Below, piece after piece: positions 7,790 through 16,516 of a stretch of 64,000 bases of DNA (the first letter of the stretch is position 1; each line of letters starts with the position of its first letter). Both the position numbers and the translations under genes were made by a program. Origin of the DNA: a virus; the IMG/VR virus record IMGVR_UViG_3300025141_000022, positions 96,001 through 160,000 of that record; one strand, given 5' to 3'. Below the pieces are notes generated by a model. That model saw only the letters and a list, made by a program, of their open reading frames with translations. It was not told where the DNA came from and did no database searches.

Positions 7790-9379
7790 ATGTCTTTTGA
7801 ACTTTCAAAAAAAGAAATATTATCTGAAATCGTTAAAGCCGGCAAAAGTCCGAAGTACTTCTTAAACAGTTATGCTAAGATATCCCATCCTATGCATGGG
7901 CTTATTAGTTTTAAGACTTACGATTTTCAAGATCAGTTATTAGAAGATTTCAATGATTATAGATTCAATGTAATCTTGAAAGCTCGCCAGCTTGGCATAT
8001 CCACGATTACAGCAGGGTACATTGCGTGGATGATGATGTTTCATCGCGATAAGAACATCCTTGTAATTGCTACAAAGTTTACAACCGCCGCGAATTTGGT
8101 TAAAAAGGTAAAGGCAATAATTAAGTATTTGCCAGAATGGATGCAAATCGCAAATATAAGTATAGATAATAGAACATCATTTGAGCTTTCAAACGGCTCA
8201 CAGATTAAAGCCTCTTCGACATCGGGTGATGCTGGTCGTTCAGAGGCTCTTTCTTTGTTGGTAGTTGATGAGGCCGCTCACGTTGAAGGATTAGAAGAGT
8301 TGTGGACTGGCCTGTATCCTACACTATCAACTGGTGGCCGCTGTATCGCACTATCGACTCCCAATGGGGTGGGTAACTGGTTTCACAAAACGTATATTGA
8401 GGCAGAAGAAGGCTCAAATGACTTTCATTGTTCTCTTTTGCGATGGGATGTTCATCCTGATCGTGGTATGGGCTGGTTTGAAAAAGAAACTAGAAACATG
8501 TCCCGAAGAGAAATTGCACAGGAGTTAGAGTGCAACTTTAATACATCTGGCGAAACCGTAATACACCCCGAAGATATACAAAGATTAATGGAGGCAACAT
8601 ATGAGCCAAAACACAGAACAGGGTTTGACAGGAATTATTGGATCTGGGAAGAATATGATCCAGAATTTAGTTACTTATTGGTGGCAGATGTTGCCCGAGG
8701 AGACGGCGCAGATTACTCTGTGTTTCATGTACTTAAATTGGAGACAATGGAGTTTATAGCAGAATACCAAGGAAAGCCAAATCTTGATATGTATGCCAAT
8801 ATTCTCAATCAGGTAGGTCGAGAATACGGAAACTGCTTACTGGTTGTCGAAAATAACAGTCTAGGAATCTCAATTTTAGAAAAGCTCAAAGATTTAGAAT
8901 ATCCAAATATCTATTTTTCGATTAAGTCTACTCATGAATATGTGGAGCAATATCAAGCCGAGGGTATGAGCAATTCTGTGCCGGGATTTACTACGTCATC
9001 GAAGACTAGACCATTAATAATTGCAAAATTAGAGGAATTCATTCGAAATAAACTAATTACTATATATTCTTCCAGAACTCTGAATGAAATGACCACTTTT
9101 ATTTGGAACAATGGAAAGCCACAATCTATGAGAGGTTATAATGATGATCTGATAATTGCGTTGGCTATTGCTTGTTGGGTTAAAGATACAGCTTTAGAAG
9201 TTAACCAAAAAGATGTACAATATAAGAAAGCATTTTTAGGCTCTCTTTCTAAGGCAAATTCGCAGCTTAACACCACTATACCCGGCATGCACGGATATAA
9301 AGGCAAATCCGCTACCGACAGGGCAAGAAAGCAGCACGAAAAAATAGTTCACCAATTTCCATGGATATTCAAAGGTTAA
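7790..9379 (+). CDS. terL: Terminase large subunit (T4 gp17-like)
   Basis: LKARQLGIST (Walker A region), LLVVDEAAH (Walker B), LSTPNG coupling motif, nuclease motifs ADVARGDGADYS and NDDL. Confidence 0.95.
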   Translation: MSFELSKKEILSEIVKAGKSPKYFLNSYAKISHPMHGLISFKTYDFQDQLLEDFNDYRFNVILKARQLGISTITAGYIAWMMMFHRDKNILVIATKFTTAANLVKKVKAIIKYLPEWMQIANISIDNRTSFELSNGSQIKASSTSGDAGRSEALSLLVVDEAAHVEGLEELWTGLYPTLSTGGRCIALSTPNGVGNWFHKTYIEAEEGSNDFHCSLLRWDVHPDRGMGWFEKETRNMSRREIAQELECNFNTSGETVIHPEDIQRLMEATYEPKHRTGFDRNYWIWEEYDPEFSYLLVADVARGDGADYSVFHVLKLETMEFIAEYQGKPNLDMYANILNQVGREYGNCLLVVENNSLGISILEKLKDLEYPNIYFSIKSTHEYVEQYQAEGMSNSVPGFTTSSKTRPLIIAKLEEFIRNKLITIYSSRTLNEMTTFIWNNGKPQSMRGYNDDLIIALAIACWVKDTALEVNQKDVQYKKAFLGSLSKANSQLNTTIPGMHGYKGKSATDRARKQHEKIVHQFPWIFKG

Positions 9380-9387
9380 AATAAAAA

Positions 9388-11376
9388 ATGGCAGATAGAA
9401 GAAGAAACCCAAGAAACCCGAGTTCAGAATTATTCGGCAGACTCACTAGACTATTTTCTGGTCCGCTGGTTAATTATCGGGCACAAGACATCAGAAGGTA
9501 CAGGCGCCGCCACCTAGATAAATTTAATTTTAAGTCTAGCAGCGGCCAAGAATTTAGAAAATCATCTTATAATCCATATGCTTCCTTGCAAACGGAGCTT
9601 ATGGTTAACCAAGATCGTGCGCTAAGATATGTTGATTTTGATCAGATGGAGTATACTCCAGAAATTGCTTCTGCGCTAGATATATACGCTGACGAAATGA
9701 CAACATACTCTGATTTGCAGAGAATGTTGTCTATCGATTGTCCAAACGAAGAGATCAAGGTTGTTCTTGATAGTTTATATCAGAGCGTAATGAACCTAGA
9801 GTTTAATTTGTTCGGCTGGTGTCGGACCATGTGTAAGTACGGAGACTTTTTTCTTTATCTCGATATCGATGAGGGAATGGGCGTCCGCGCCACAATTGGA
9901 TTGCCAGCTAACGAAGTAGAAAGGTTAGAGGGAGAAGACAAAACAAATCCAAATTATGTACAATATCAGTGGAACTCTGGCGGGCTAACATTCGAGAACT
10001 GGCAGATTGCCCACTTTAGGATTCTTGGAAATGATAAATATGCTCCATATGGAACATCTGTTCTAGAACCGGCACGAAGAATTTGGAGACAACTTACATT
10101 ACTAGAAGACGCCATGATGGCATATCGAATTGTTCGTTCTCCTGAGAGAAGGGTGTTTTACATTGATGTTGGCAACATTTCTCCACAAGATGTCGAAACT
10201 TATATGCAGAAAGCCATTACTCAGCTAAAGAGAAATCAAGTGGTTGATACAGAATCCGGCCGCGTTGACTTACGTTATAATCCAATGAGTATCGAAGAGG
10301 ATTATTTTATCCCCGTCAGGGGCCAAACAAGTTCGCGAATTGAAAATCTTCCAGGCGGGACATATACGGGTGATATTGAGGACGTTAAGTATTTGCGCGA
10401 AAAGCTGTTCTCGGCACTGAAGATCCCAATGTCATATTTGGCTCAGGGCGAGGGTGCCGCAGAGGATAAAACAACATTAGCACAAAAGGATATTCGATTT
10501 GCTAGAACTATTCAGAGGCTTCAGCGTGTTATAATTAGCGAATTGGAAAAAATTGGTATCGTCCACCTTTATACCCTAGGGTATCGTGGTGATGACTTGA
10601 TTTCTTTCAAACTTCGCCTAAATAACCCTTCTAAGATTGCTGAATTACAAGAATTGGAACACTGGAGGACAAAGTTCGAAGTTGCCGGCGGAGCCACAGA
10701 AGGATTCTTTTCTCGTCGCTGGGTCGCTAAAAAGTTATTCAATATGACTGACGAAGAATTCATCAGAAACCAGAGAGAAATGTTCTTTGATAGAAGATTT
10801 GATGCTCAACTTGAAGCTGAGTCTGAAGCTGTTGCGGCAGAAGCTACAGCCGCCGCCGGCGGTGGTGAAGACCTTGGCCTAGGCGATGAGGAGGGCGGAG
10901 ACGAAGATCTCGGCCTAGGCGGCGAAGAGGATCTTGGCGGCGAAGAGGATCTTGGCGGCGAAGAAGAAGGTGGAGAAGAAGATGTCCTATTGGCCGAGCC
11001 TGCTAAGAGAAAAGATGATATCGATGGTGATATTGTTAGGACCAGAACTGGCAGAAAAGCATATAAGCCAAAGGGTTCTAACAAGGTGTACACACGCGGC
11101 TCCAAAGGCAAAGGGTATGTGCCCGAGACATCTCCAGACTACGCCGGGAGTGCTCGCCAGCGCAGTATTCAAGGCCAATATGGCAGAGAGGTGGCGAGAG
11201 CCACCCTAAGAAACACTCATAAGGGCGCTCAAGACATGTTTAGTCTTGGAAAAGGGATTTACGAAGGATATGAAACTAATTATAGTTCGGAAGAAGAGAA
11301 GATATTTGAAGCCAGTAAAACGGTGAAAGATCTAATCATAGAATTGGAGCTTAAACAGAATGAAGACAAAACATAA
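9388..11376 (+). CDS. gp20: Portal protein (T4 gp20-like) with long low-complexity C-terminal tail
   Basis: MLEDAMMAYRIVRSPERRVFYIDVGN-type motif (here LLEDAMM...), EDYFIPVRG, DVKYLREKLFSALKIP; follows the terminase. Confidence 0.95.
   Translation: MADRRRNPRNPSSELFGRLTRLFSGPLVNYRAQDIRRYRRRHLDKFNFKSSSGQEFRKSSYNPYASLQTELMVNQDRALRYVDFDQMEYTPEIASALDIYADEMTTYSDLQRMLSIDCPNEEIKVVLDSLYQSVMNLEFNLFGWCRTMCKYGDFFLYLDIDEGMGVRATIGLPANEVERLEGEDKTNPNYVQYQWNSGGLTFENWQIAHFRILGNDKYAPYGTSVLEPARRIWRQLTLLEDAMMAYRIVRSPERRVFYIDVGNISPQDVETYMQKAITQLKRNQVVDTESGRVDLRYNPMSIEEDYFIPVRGQTSSRIENLPGGTYTGDIEDVKYLREKLFSALKIPMSYLAQGEGAAEDKTTLAQKDIRFARTIQRLQRVIISELEKIGIVHLYTLGYRGDDLISFKLRLNNPSKIAELQELEHWRTKFEVAGGATEGFFSRRWVAKKLFNMTDEEFIRNQREMFFDRRFDAQLEAESEAVAAEATAAAGGGEDLGLGDEEGGDEDLGLGGEEDLGGEEDLGGEEEGGEEDVLLAEPAKRKDDIDGDIVRTRTGRKAYKPKGSNKVYTRGSKGKGYVPETSPDYAGSARQRSIQGQYGREVARATLRNTHKGAQDMFSLGKGIYEGYETNYSSEEEKIFEASKTVKDLIIELELKQNEDKT
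10918..10964 (+). repeat. 18-bp in-frame tandem repeat (GGEEDL) in the portal tail
   Basis: ggcggcgaagaggatctt twice exactly (10918-10935, 10936-10953) plus a partial third copy. Confidence 0.85.
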
Positions 11377-12184
11377 CAAGAAACGTAATACAGCTTTTTT
11401 ATATGAAGCATTGGTAAAAGAGTTGACCAAAACGTTCATTTCTAATGAATTGGATAGGAGAGATAAGGTGTTGGACATCCTTAAGGAGCACTTTAGAAAG
11501 GGTTCGGTCCTACACAAAGAGTTAGAACTGTATAAAGCACTAACCGATTCTCACAATCTGAGTCCCAGAGTTGCGGAAAGGATGCTCTCTGAGGTGAAAA
11601 AAGTATATTTTTCATTTAGTAAAGAAGAGATCTTTGATGAGCAAACAGAAGTTATAAATAAAACAAACAAGACGCTTGGGAAAAATGTCTTTTCTAATTT
11701 TGTTCCAAATTATAAGAGTCTAGCAACAATATCTCAGATATTCAGCGATGCAGTTCCTGTGAAAAAGCGCGTAGTTCTAGAGGAAGGCTTGATTCAGAAC
11801 ATAACGGCACCCAAGCGTGTTAAGAAAAAGGAAAATTTAGTGCCTATAGACAACCTAGTTTATAAAACTTTTGTTGATAAATTTAACAAAGAATATACTG
11901 GTGTTTTGCACGAAGAACAGAAGACTTTATTGAATAATTATATTGTATCTTTTAAAGATAATAGTTTAGAATTAAAAGTTTATCTCAACGAGGAACTTGG
12001 AAGACTGAAAGAAGAAGTGACAAAGTGCGCCTTAGCACCAGAAGTTAAATCAGATAATTCTATGGCCAACTCCGTGTCTTCTGTTCTTGAAATGATTGAG
12101 GAATTCCGCACTCAGCCAGTAAATGATAAAATGGTGGAAAGAATTTTAAAGATTCAACAACTGGTTCGTGAGGTACAAAGCTAA
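11360..12184 (+). CDS. Conserved hypothetical head-morphogenesis protein
   Basis: 274 aa overlapping the portal stop; basic N-terminus KHNKKRNTAFLYEAL; helical composition. Confidence 0.7.
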   Translation: MKTKHNKKRNTAFLYEALVKELTKTFISNELDRRDKVLDILKEHFRKGSVLHKELELYKALTDSHNLSPRVAERMLSEVKKVYFSFSKEEIFDEQTEVINKTNKTLGKNVFSNFVPNYKSLATISQIFSDAVPVKKRVVLEEGLIQNITAPKRVKKKENLVPIDNLVYKTFVDKFNKEYTGVLHEEQKTLLNNYIVSFKDNSLELKVYLNEELGRLKEEVTKCALAPEVKSDNSMANSVSSVLEMIEEFRTQPVNDKMVERILKIQQLVREVQS

Positions 12185-12753
12185 TGGCAGTTACAATTAA
12201 AGTCGGAGCCGAAGCGAACGCTCCCGAAGCCGCCGCAGCAGAAGCTCTCCCAGTGCAGGCCACAATGGAGTTGAATATGCGTAAGTCACTTAATGGTGAT
12301 GTTATGATATTCGATCATCCAGATATAGATATTGTAATTTTGACAGAAAAAAGAAAAGTGTTGGCCTTAGCAAAAGATTTGATGTCTGATACTGTATACG
12401 AAACACAAGATCATCTTTTTAAGTATCTGTATAAAAAGGGCATAGTTGTTATAGATAGCGTCAAAGGCGGTAACGTATATGGTTCGATTGAAGGAATCAT
12501 CCAAGAATCAATACAAGAAGGAGTTGACGCAGTTCAGAGCGCTATTTTTACAATTGGTAAATTCATAGAAGAAGAGCGCCCATACTTCGAATATGAACAG
12601 AAATACAAGCAGCAAGAAGATGAATATCTTGTAGATCCAGATGCTGAACACTCTACAGAGCTTGGTGAGATTCCGCATTCTGATAAGAAGGGATCGATTA
12701 GGCCAGGATGGGTACGAGGCCCATATGGAATGTACGATCTGTATAGGGCGTAA
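12184..12753 (+). CDS. Hypothetical protein
   Basis: 189-aa ORF translationally coupled (TAATG) to the upstream gene. Confidence 0.7.
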   Translation: MAVTIKVGAEANAPEAAAAEALPVQATMELNMRKSLNGDVMIFDHPDIDIVILTEKRKVLALAKDLMSDTVYETQDHLFKYLYKKGIVVIDSVKGGNVYGSIEGIIQESIQEGVDAVQSAIFTIGKFIEEERPYFEYEQKYKQQEDEYLVDPDAEHSTELGEIPHSDKKGSIRPGWVRGPYGMYDLYRA

Positions 12754-12763
12754 CGGAGTGTAG

Positions 12764-13078
12764 ATGGAATTAATTTGGTTTGTCCTCGCGGCATACGGAC
12801 TAACTCAAATATTGATTTATGGCTCTATATTCGACAAGATTAGACCAACAACTGGAAGGCTTGGCGAGCTATTTAGCTGTCCTATGTGCCTAGGCTTTTG
12901 GGTTGGTGCATTTTTGTTTGGCATTAATGGATATACAGAACTATTTACGTTTGAGTATACTATTGCTAATTTATTTATTTTAGGCTGGCTTTCTTCGGGT
13001 ACCTCATATACCCTCAATATGCTCATCGGAGATCAAGGATTTAGACATGAAAAGACAAACGTGGACAGGAGGATTTAG
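12764..13078 (+). CDS. DUF1360-like membrane protein with CxxC
   Basis: Three hydrophobic segments and ELFSCPMCLGFWVG; CGGAG RBS. Confidence 0.65.
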   Translation: MELIWFVLAAYGLTQILIYGSIFDKIRPTTGRLGELFSCPMCLGFWVGAFLFGINGYTELFTFEYTIANLFILGWLSSGTSYTLNMLIGDQGFRHEKTNVDRRI

Positions 13079-13102
13079 ACATGAAAAGACAAACGTGGAC
13101 AG
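13036..13102 (+). repeat. Exact 33-bp direct repeat with 34-bp period
   Basis: aggatttagacatgaaaagacaaacgtggacag at 13036-13068 and 13070-13102. Confidence 0.92.
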
Positions 13103-13206
13103 CGAAGTGGATGCTTCAACCAGTTAGACACTGTTGCAAAGGCAAGATAATCACGCGGGTAGCGCCCGCACATTTTTTTAATAAACGGAGATACAGTAAT
13201 GAGTAG
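13081..13206 (+). CDS. 41-aa basic peptide with CC motif (not in the ORF track)
   Basis: GGAGG RBS 13068-13072, ATG 13081, MKRQTWTAKWMLQPVRHCCKGKIITRVAPAHFFNKRRYSNE, TAG 13204-13206. Confidence 0.45.
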   Translation: MKRQTWTAKWMLQPVRHCCKGKIITRVAPAHFFNKRRYSNE

Positions 13207-13747
13207 ATGGGGAAAACCAACCAAAAATAACAAGAGAAGAGATCCAAGATACTTCTTGAACGAACAAGAGGAAAAGGAAGCACAGCGCGATCCATCAGGT
13301 GGCGCCCCAGCTGCCCAATTGGATGAAAAAGAAGTTCTACCACTAATCCAAAGCTTCTATAAGGCTATGCGCGCAGCCCGCGATGGGGTGCAATCTTCCC
13401 GTAAAGCTTTAGGCGATGACTGGGTTAAAAAACAAGCCCAAAAATATTCCCAAAGAGCCGGCGATCAAGAACAAAATCTTAAGATGTGGTTTCAAACCAC
13501 GGTGGGCGACGGCATGTGGCGCGCCGCTCGTGCCATGGCTCCTGTTTATGCTGACATTAGAAAAGGCGCCCGAGGATCTGCTAACTCGATAGATATCATC
13601 GCACACCATGCTGGCGACATGGCAGAGAAATTTTTGCAACAAACAAAGGGCATGAAAGCCAAAATGGCATTTCTAGAACAATTTGACGAGTTAACCAAAG
13701 AGTATTTTGAAAACACTGAGAGATTTGGAAAGGGACACATACTGTGA
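13199..13747 (+). CDS. Putative internal head protein with DPRYFLxE leader
   Basis: MSRWGKPTKNNKRRDPRYFLNE; CGGAG RBS; lies directly upstream of the prohead protease. Confidence 0.7.
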   Translation: MSRWGKPTKNNKRRDPRYFLNEQEEKEAQRDPSGGAPAAQLDEKEVLPLIQSFYKAMRAARDGVQSSRKALGDDWVKKQAQKYSQRAGDQEQNLKMWFQTTVGDGMWRAARAMAPVYADIRKGARGSANSIDIIAHHAGDMAEKFLQQTKGMKAKMAFLEQFDELTKEYFENTERFGKGHIL

Positions 13748-14352
13748 AAGTACTTTTACGAGAATACTATGAATTATGTGAAGGCGGTGTTTGCCAAGAT
13801 CTTTTAACTGAAGATGAAAAGAGATATGTGGCAAACGGCGGCTTAATTTTGACTGGAAAACTACAAGAAGCAGATGTGCAAAACGGGAACGGCCGTGTGT
13901 ATCCGCAAAGAGTATTACAGAGAGAAATGCAAAATTACCAAAAACTTGTAAAAGAAAGAAGAGCCCTTGGAGAGTTAGATCATCCTGAAGATTCAGTTAT
14001 TAACCTTAAGAACGCATCTCATATGGTTACAGAGGTGTGGTGGGATGGTTCTGCGGTTATGGGTAAAGTTAAAGTTTTAAATACGCCATCTGGCAAAATA
14101 TTACAAGAATTAGTGAGTGATGGTGTTAAGCTGGGAATTTCGTCCCGTGGCTTGGGATCTGTTAGCGAATCACAAGGGAGAACAATTGTCGAAGACGATT
14201 TCACATTAATCTGTTTTGACTTCGTATCAGAACCATCAACGCCAAATGCATTTATGCTTAAAGAAAATAAGAATGCGCCAAATATTTTTACCAAAGCAGA
14301 CAAAATCAATCGCGCATTAAACGACATATTGGGAGATTATGACAATGAGTAA
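13744..14352 (+). CDS. gp21: Prohead core protease (T4 gp21-like)
   Basis: QEADVQNGNGRVYP, ALGELDHP, LGISSRGLGS, FDFVSEPSTPNA. Confidence 0.95.
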   Translation: MKVLLREYYELCEGGVCQDLLTEDEKRYVANGGLILTGKLQEADVQNGNGRVYPQRVLQREMQNYQKLVKERRALGELDHPEDSVINLKNASHMVTEVWWDGSAVMGKVKVLNTPSGKILQELVSDGVKLGISSRGLGSVSESQGRTIVEDDFTLICFDFVSEPSTPNAFMLKENKNAPNIFTKADKINRALNDILGDYDNE

Positions 14353-15361
14353 AAAGAACTTTTCTTCATATGATGATATTCATAGGCTACATGAAGGATT
14401 TAGAAAATGGATAGGTGAGGAACGTGGACCCCCCTCCCCGCTTGGATCCGAAGAAGATGATTCGGGGATTGCTGCCGATGTTGAGCAGGCATATAAATCC
14501 GGCCCAGCATCCGTCCGCGCTTTCATGAACACACCAGAAGGTTCAGATCCGAAAGTTAGACAATTCTTGCATCGAGCACAAGCTGAATATGACGGTTCGG
14601 CATCGGACGACGATATTTCAATCTCGCAGGATGGTGCTAAATCTTTGATGGATATGGTTCCGACTCAAAAATATATTGACCTTATGCAGTCGGTATCCTT
14701 TCCTTTGGGAAGTGTCGGCACTCTTAAAAAGGCAATCGAATCTAAGAAGGGTTTTGGCCCAATTTCGGTTTCGGACCAGTACGTCCTAGATGGACACCAT
14801 CGTTGGTCGGGCCAGTTTGCAATTACGCCAGACGGAACGATCTCGGCTACTAACATCTCGCTCCCTGGAGATGCCCAGCAAAAATTAGCTTCGCTGCAGC
14901 TAGCAATTGCAGCTATTGATCCAAATGCGAAAGATCCGCACCCATCTAAAGGCGGCAGCGCTGCAACGAATATATTAGGAAAAGGCGCCAAAGAGATTTA
15001 CAAAAAGATTTTGGCCAACGTTAACAACCAGACTGATAAAAAGGCCCCCGGCCCACTCCTGAATGATGCCATGATTTCTGAAATTGCACAGTCTCAGGAT
15101 CCAGTTATTTTACAATGGGCGGGCTTGAAGCCTGGACAGGCGACTGAGCCCCAGCAGATCAGAGACGCAATTGCTCAAAGGGTAGCTAATAATCTAGCAC
15201 AGCTTCCCAATTTTGCTGCCGGTGCCCCTGATCGCCCCGACATGCCTCAGCTAGATCATGATTCGATTGGTGGTGCAAAAGGATACCAAAAGATTAAAAG
15301 CCGCCTCGCAACAGGCGATCTAAATGTTGTACCTCCGTTTGATAAAGGAAAGACAGGATAG
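14345..15361 (+). CDS. ParB/Srx-like domain protein, possibly virion-internal
   Basis: YVLDGHHRW motif preceded by MVPTQKYIDL; N-terminal FRKWIGEE resembles the W/F-K-x-F/W-I-x-E leaders. Confidence 0.6.
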   Translation: MSKKNFSSYDDIHRLHEGFRKWIGEERGPPSPLGSEEDDSGIAADVEQAYKSGPASVRAFMNTPEGSDPKVRQFLHRAQAEYDGSASDDDISISQDGAKSLMDMVPTQKYIDLMQSVSFPLGSVGTLKKAIESKKGFGPISVSDQYVLDGHHRWSGQFAITPDGTISATNISLPGDAQQKLASLQLAIAAIDPNAKDPHPSKGGSAATNILGKGAKEIYKKILANVNNQTDKKAPGPLLNDAMISEIAQSQDPVILQWAGLKPGQATEPQQIRDAIAQRVANNLAQLPNFAAGAPDRPDMPQLDHDSIGGAKGYQKIKSRLATGDLNVVPPFDKGKTG

Positions 15362-15363
15362 TT

Positions 15364-15795
15364 ATGAACAAGACAGAATTAAAGAAGATGTTGAAGCCAC
15401 TAATTAAAGAGTGCATAAAAGAAGCAATATTTGAAGAAGGTGTTCTATCTGGCATTATAACAGAAGTTACGCAAGGACTAGGCTCGACTCAGCAAGTGGT
15501 TACAGCCTCTCCACCCGCACAAGAGCCAGTTGTGGATGAAGCACTTCTAGAAGCCGAGAGGTCAAGAAAGGCCAAACAACAAGAAACAAGAAAAAAGATG
15601 CTAGCCGCCATTGGAAAAAGCACAATGATGGACTCTGGCATGGACTTGTTTGAGGGCACCGAGCCACTACGCGAAGGTGGGGTGCCAAACGCTACTCCAT
15701 CTAAAGGGCCTTTGTCTGGCACCGCACCATCGGATGCAGGAGTTGATATTTCATCTTTGTTTAATAGCAATTGGAAGAAGTTGGCCCAAGGATAA
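15364..15795 (+). CDS. Hypothetical head-region protein
   Basis: MNKTELKKMLKPLIKECIKEAIFEE, a variant of the MKITK leader; C-terminal NWKKLAQG. Confidence 0.7.
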   Translation: MNKTELKKMLKPLIKECIKEAIFEEGVLSGIITEVTQGLGSTQQVVTASPPAQEPVVDEALLEAERSRKAKQQETRKKMLAAIGKSTMMDSGMDLFEGTEPLREGGVPNATPSKGPLSGTAPSDAGVDISSLFNSNWKKLAQG

Positions 15796-15799
15796 TCAC

Positions 15800-16075
15800 A
15801 TGAAGAAGCACCACAATTTAAAAGTAACGCCCCGCAGAAACGAATCCCAAGAAAGGATGATCCGCCGGTTTACCAAAAAGGTTAAAAAAGCTGGAATTAT
15901 TGAAGAGGTAAGGGAACGCAGATTTTACAAGAAGCCTTCGCAGCGCAAGAGAGAAGAGGCTGAACGCCGCAGAAGAGTTCTTGAAAAAGCACAGAGAAAA
16001 GCGCGAGAAAAAGAGAAAAGAGCAACTAATTATAAGCACAGCCGTAAAAATAATAATAGAGGAAGGAGAAGATAA
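15800..16075 (+). CDS. rpsU: Phage-encoded 30S ribosomal protein bS21 (ATG 15800, 91 aa)
   Basis: KVTPRRNESQERMIRRFTKKVKKAGIIEEVRERRFYKKPSQRKREEA matches the bS21 pattern (V.V...ES.E..LRRFK..V.K.G...E.R.R..YEKPS..R); AAGGA RBS. Confidence 0.9.
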   Translation: MKKHHNLKVTPRRNESQERMIRRFTKKVKKAGIIEEVRERRFYKKPSQRKREEAERRRRVLEKAQRKAREKEKRATNYKHSRKNNNRGRRR

Positions 16076-16501
16076 ATGGCATTCAATCGTCACGCAAAAA
16101 ATATGGTCGGAAATGTGTATGGGCCAGGAATTAGCCATGTTGGCTCTTATCAGGTTTCATGTCGCCCCTATATAACCGGCTCATCAGGTCTTGCCGCTGG
16201 ACAAGAAGCACAACACAAGTTTCCAGCAGTTTCAAGAAGTATTACAGTGATAAATCACGCAAATACCGCTCTTAGAGTACATTTTAATAATACGGGTTCC
16301 GGCCGCGTAGTTGATGGACTACACTATATAGAACTAGATAGCGATGAGGACTCTATCACAATGAATGTCCGCGCCAAAGAAATTTGGATTTCCTCTGCAG
16401 ACGACGGCGGCAGCAACAGAGTCTATAGAGTCGTCGCAGAACTAACTACAATTAGAACAGAAGAAATGTACGCCATGACTGGTTCAGGCTTAACAGATTA
16501 A
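16076..16501 (+). CDS. Probable beta-rich virion structural protein
   Basis: Strong AGGAG RBS, Gly/Ser/beta-strand composition, heads the fibre gene cluster. Confidence 0.55.
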   Translation: MAFNRHAKNMVGNVYGPGISHVGSYQVSCRPYITGSSGLAAGQEAQHKFPAVSRSITVINHANTALRVHFNNTGSGRVVDGLHYIELDSDEDSITMNVRAKEIWISSADDGGSNRVYRVVAELTTIRTEEMYAMTGSGLTD

Positions 16502-16516
16502 AAGGAGATTTAGATA

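Noticed and set aside
15650-15799. N-terminal 50 aa of track ORF 15650..16075
   Set aside because: It overlaps ORF 15364. bS21 similarity and the RBS point to ATG 15800.
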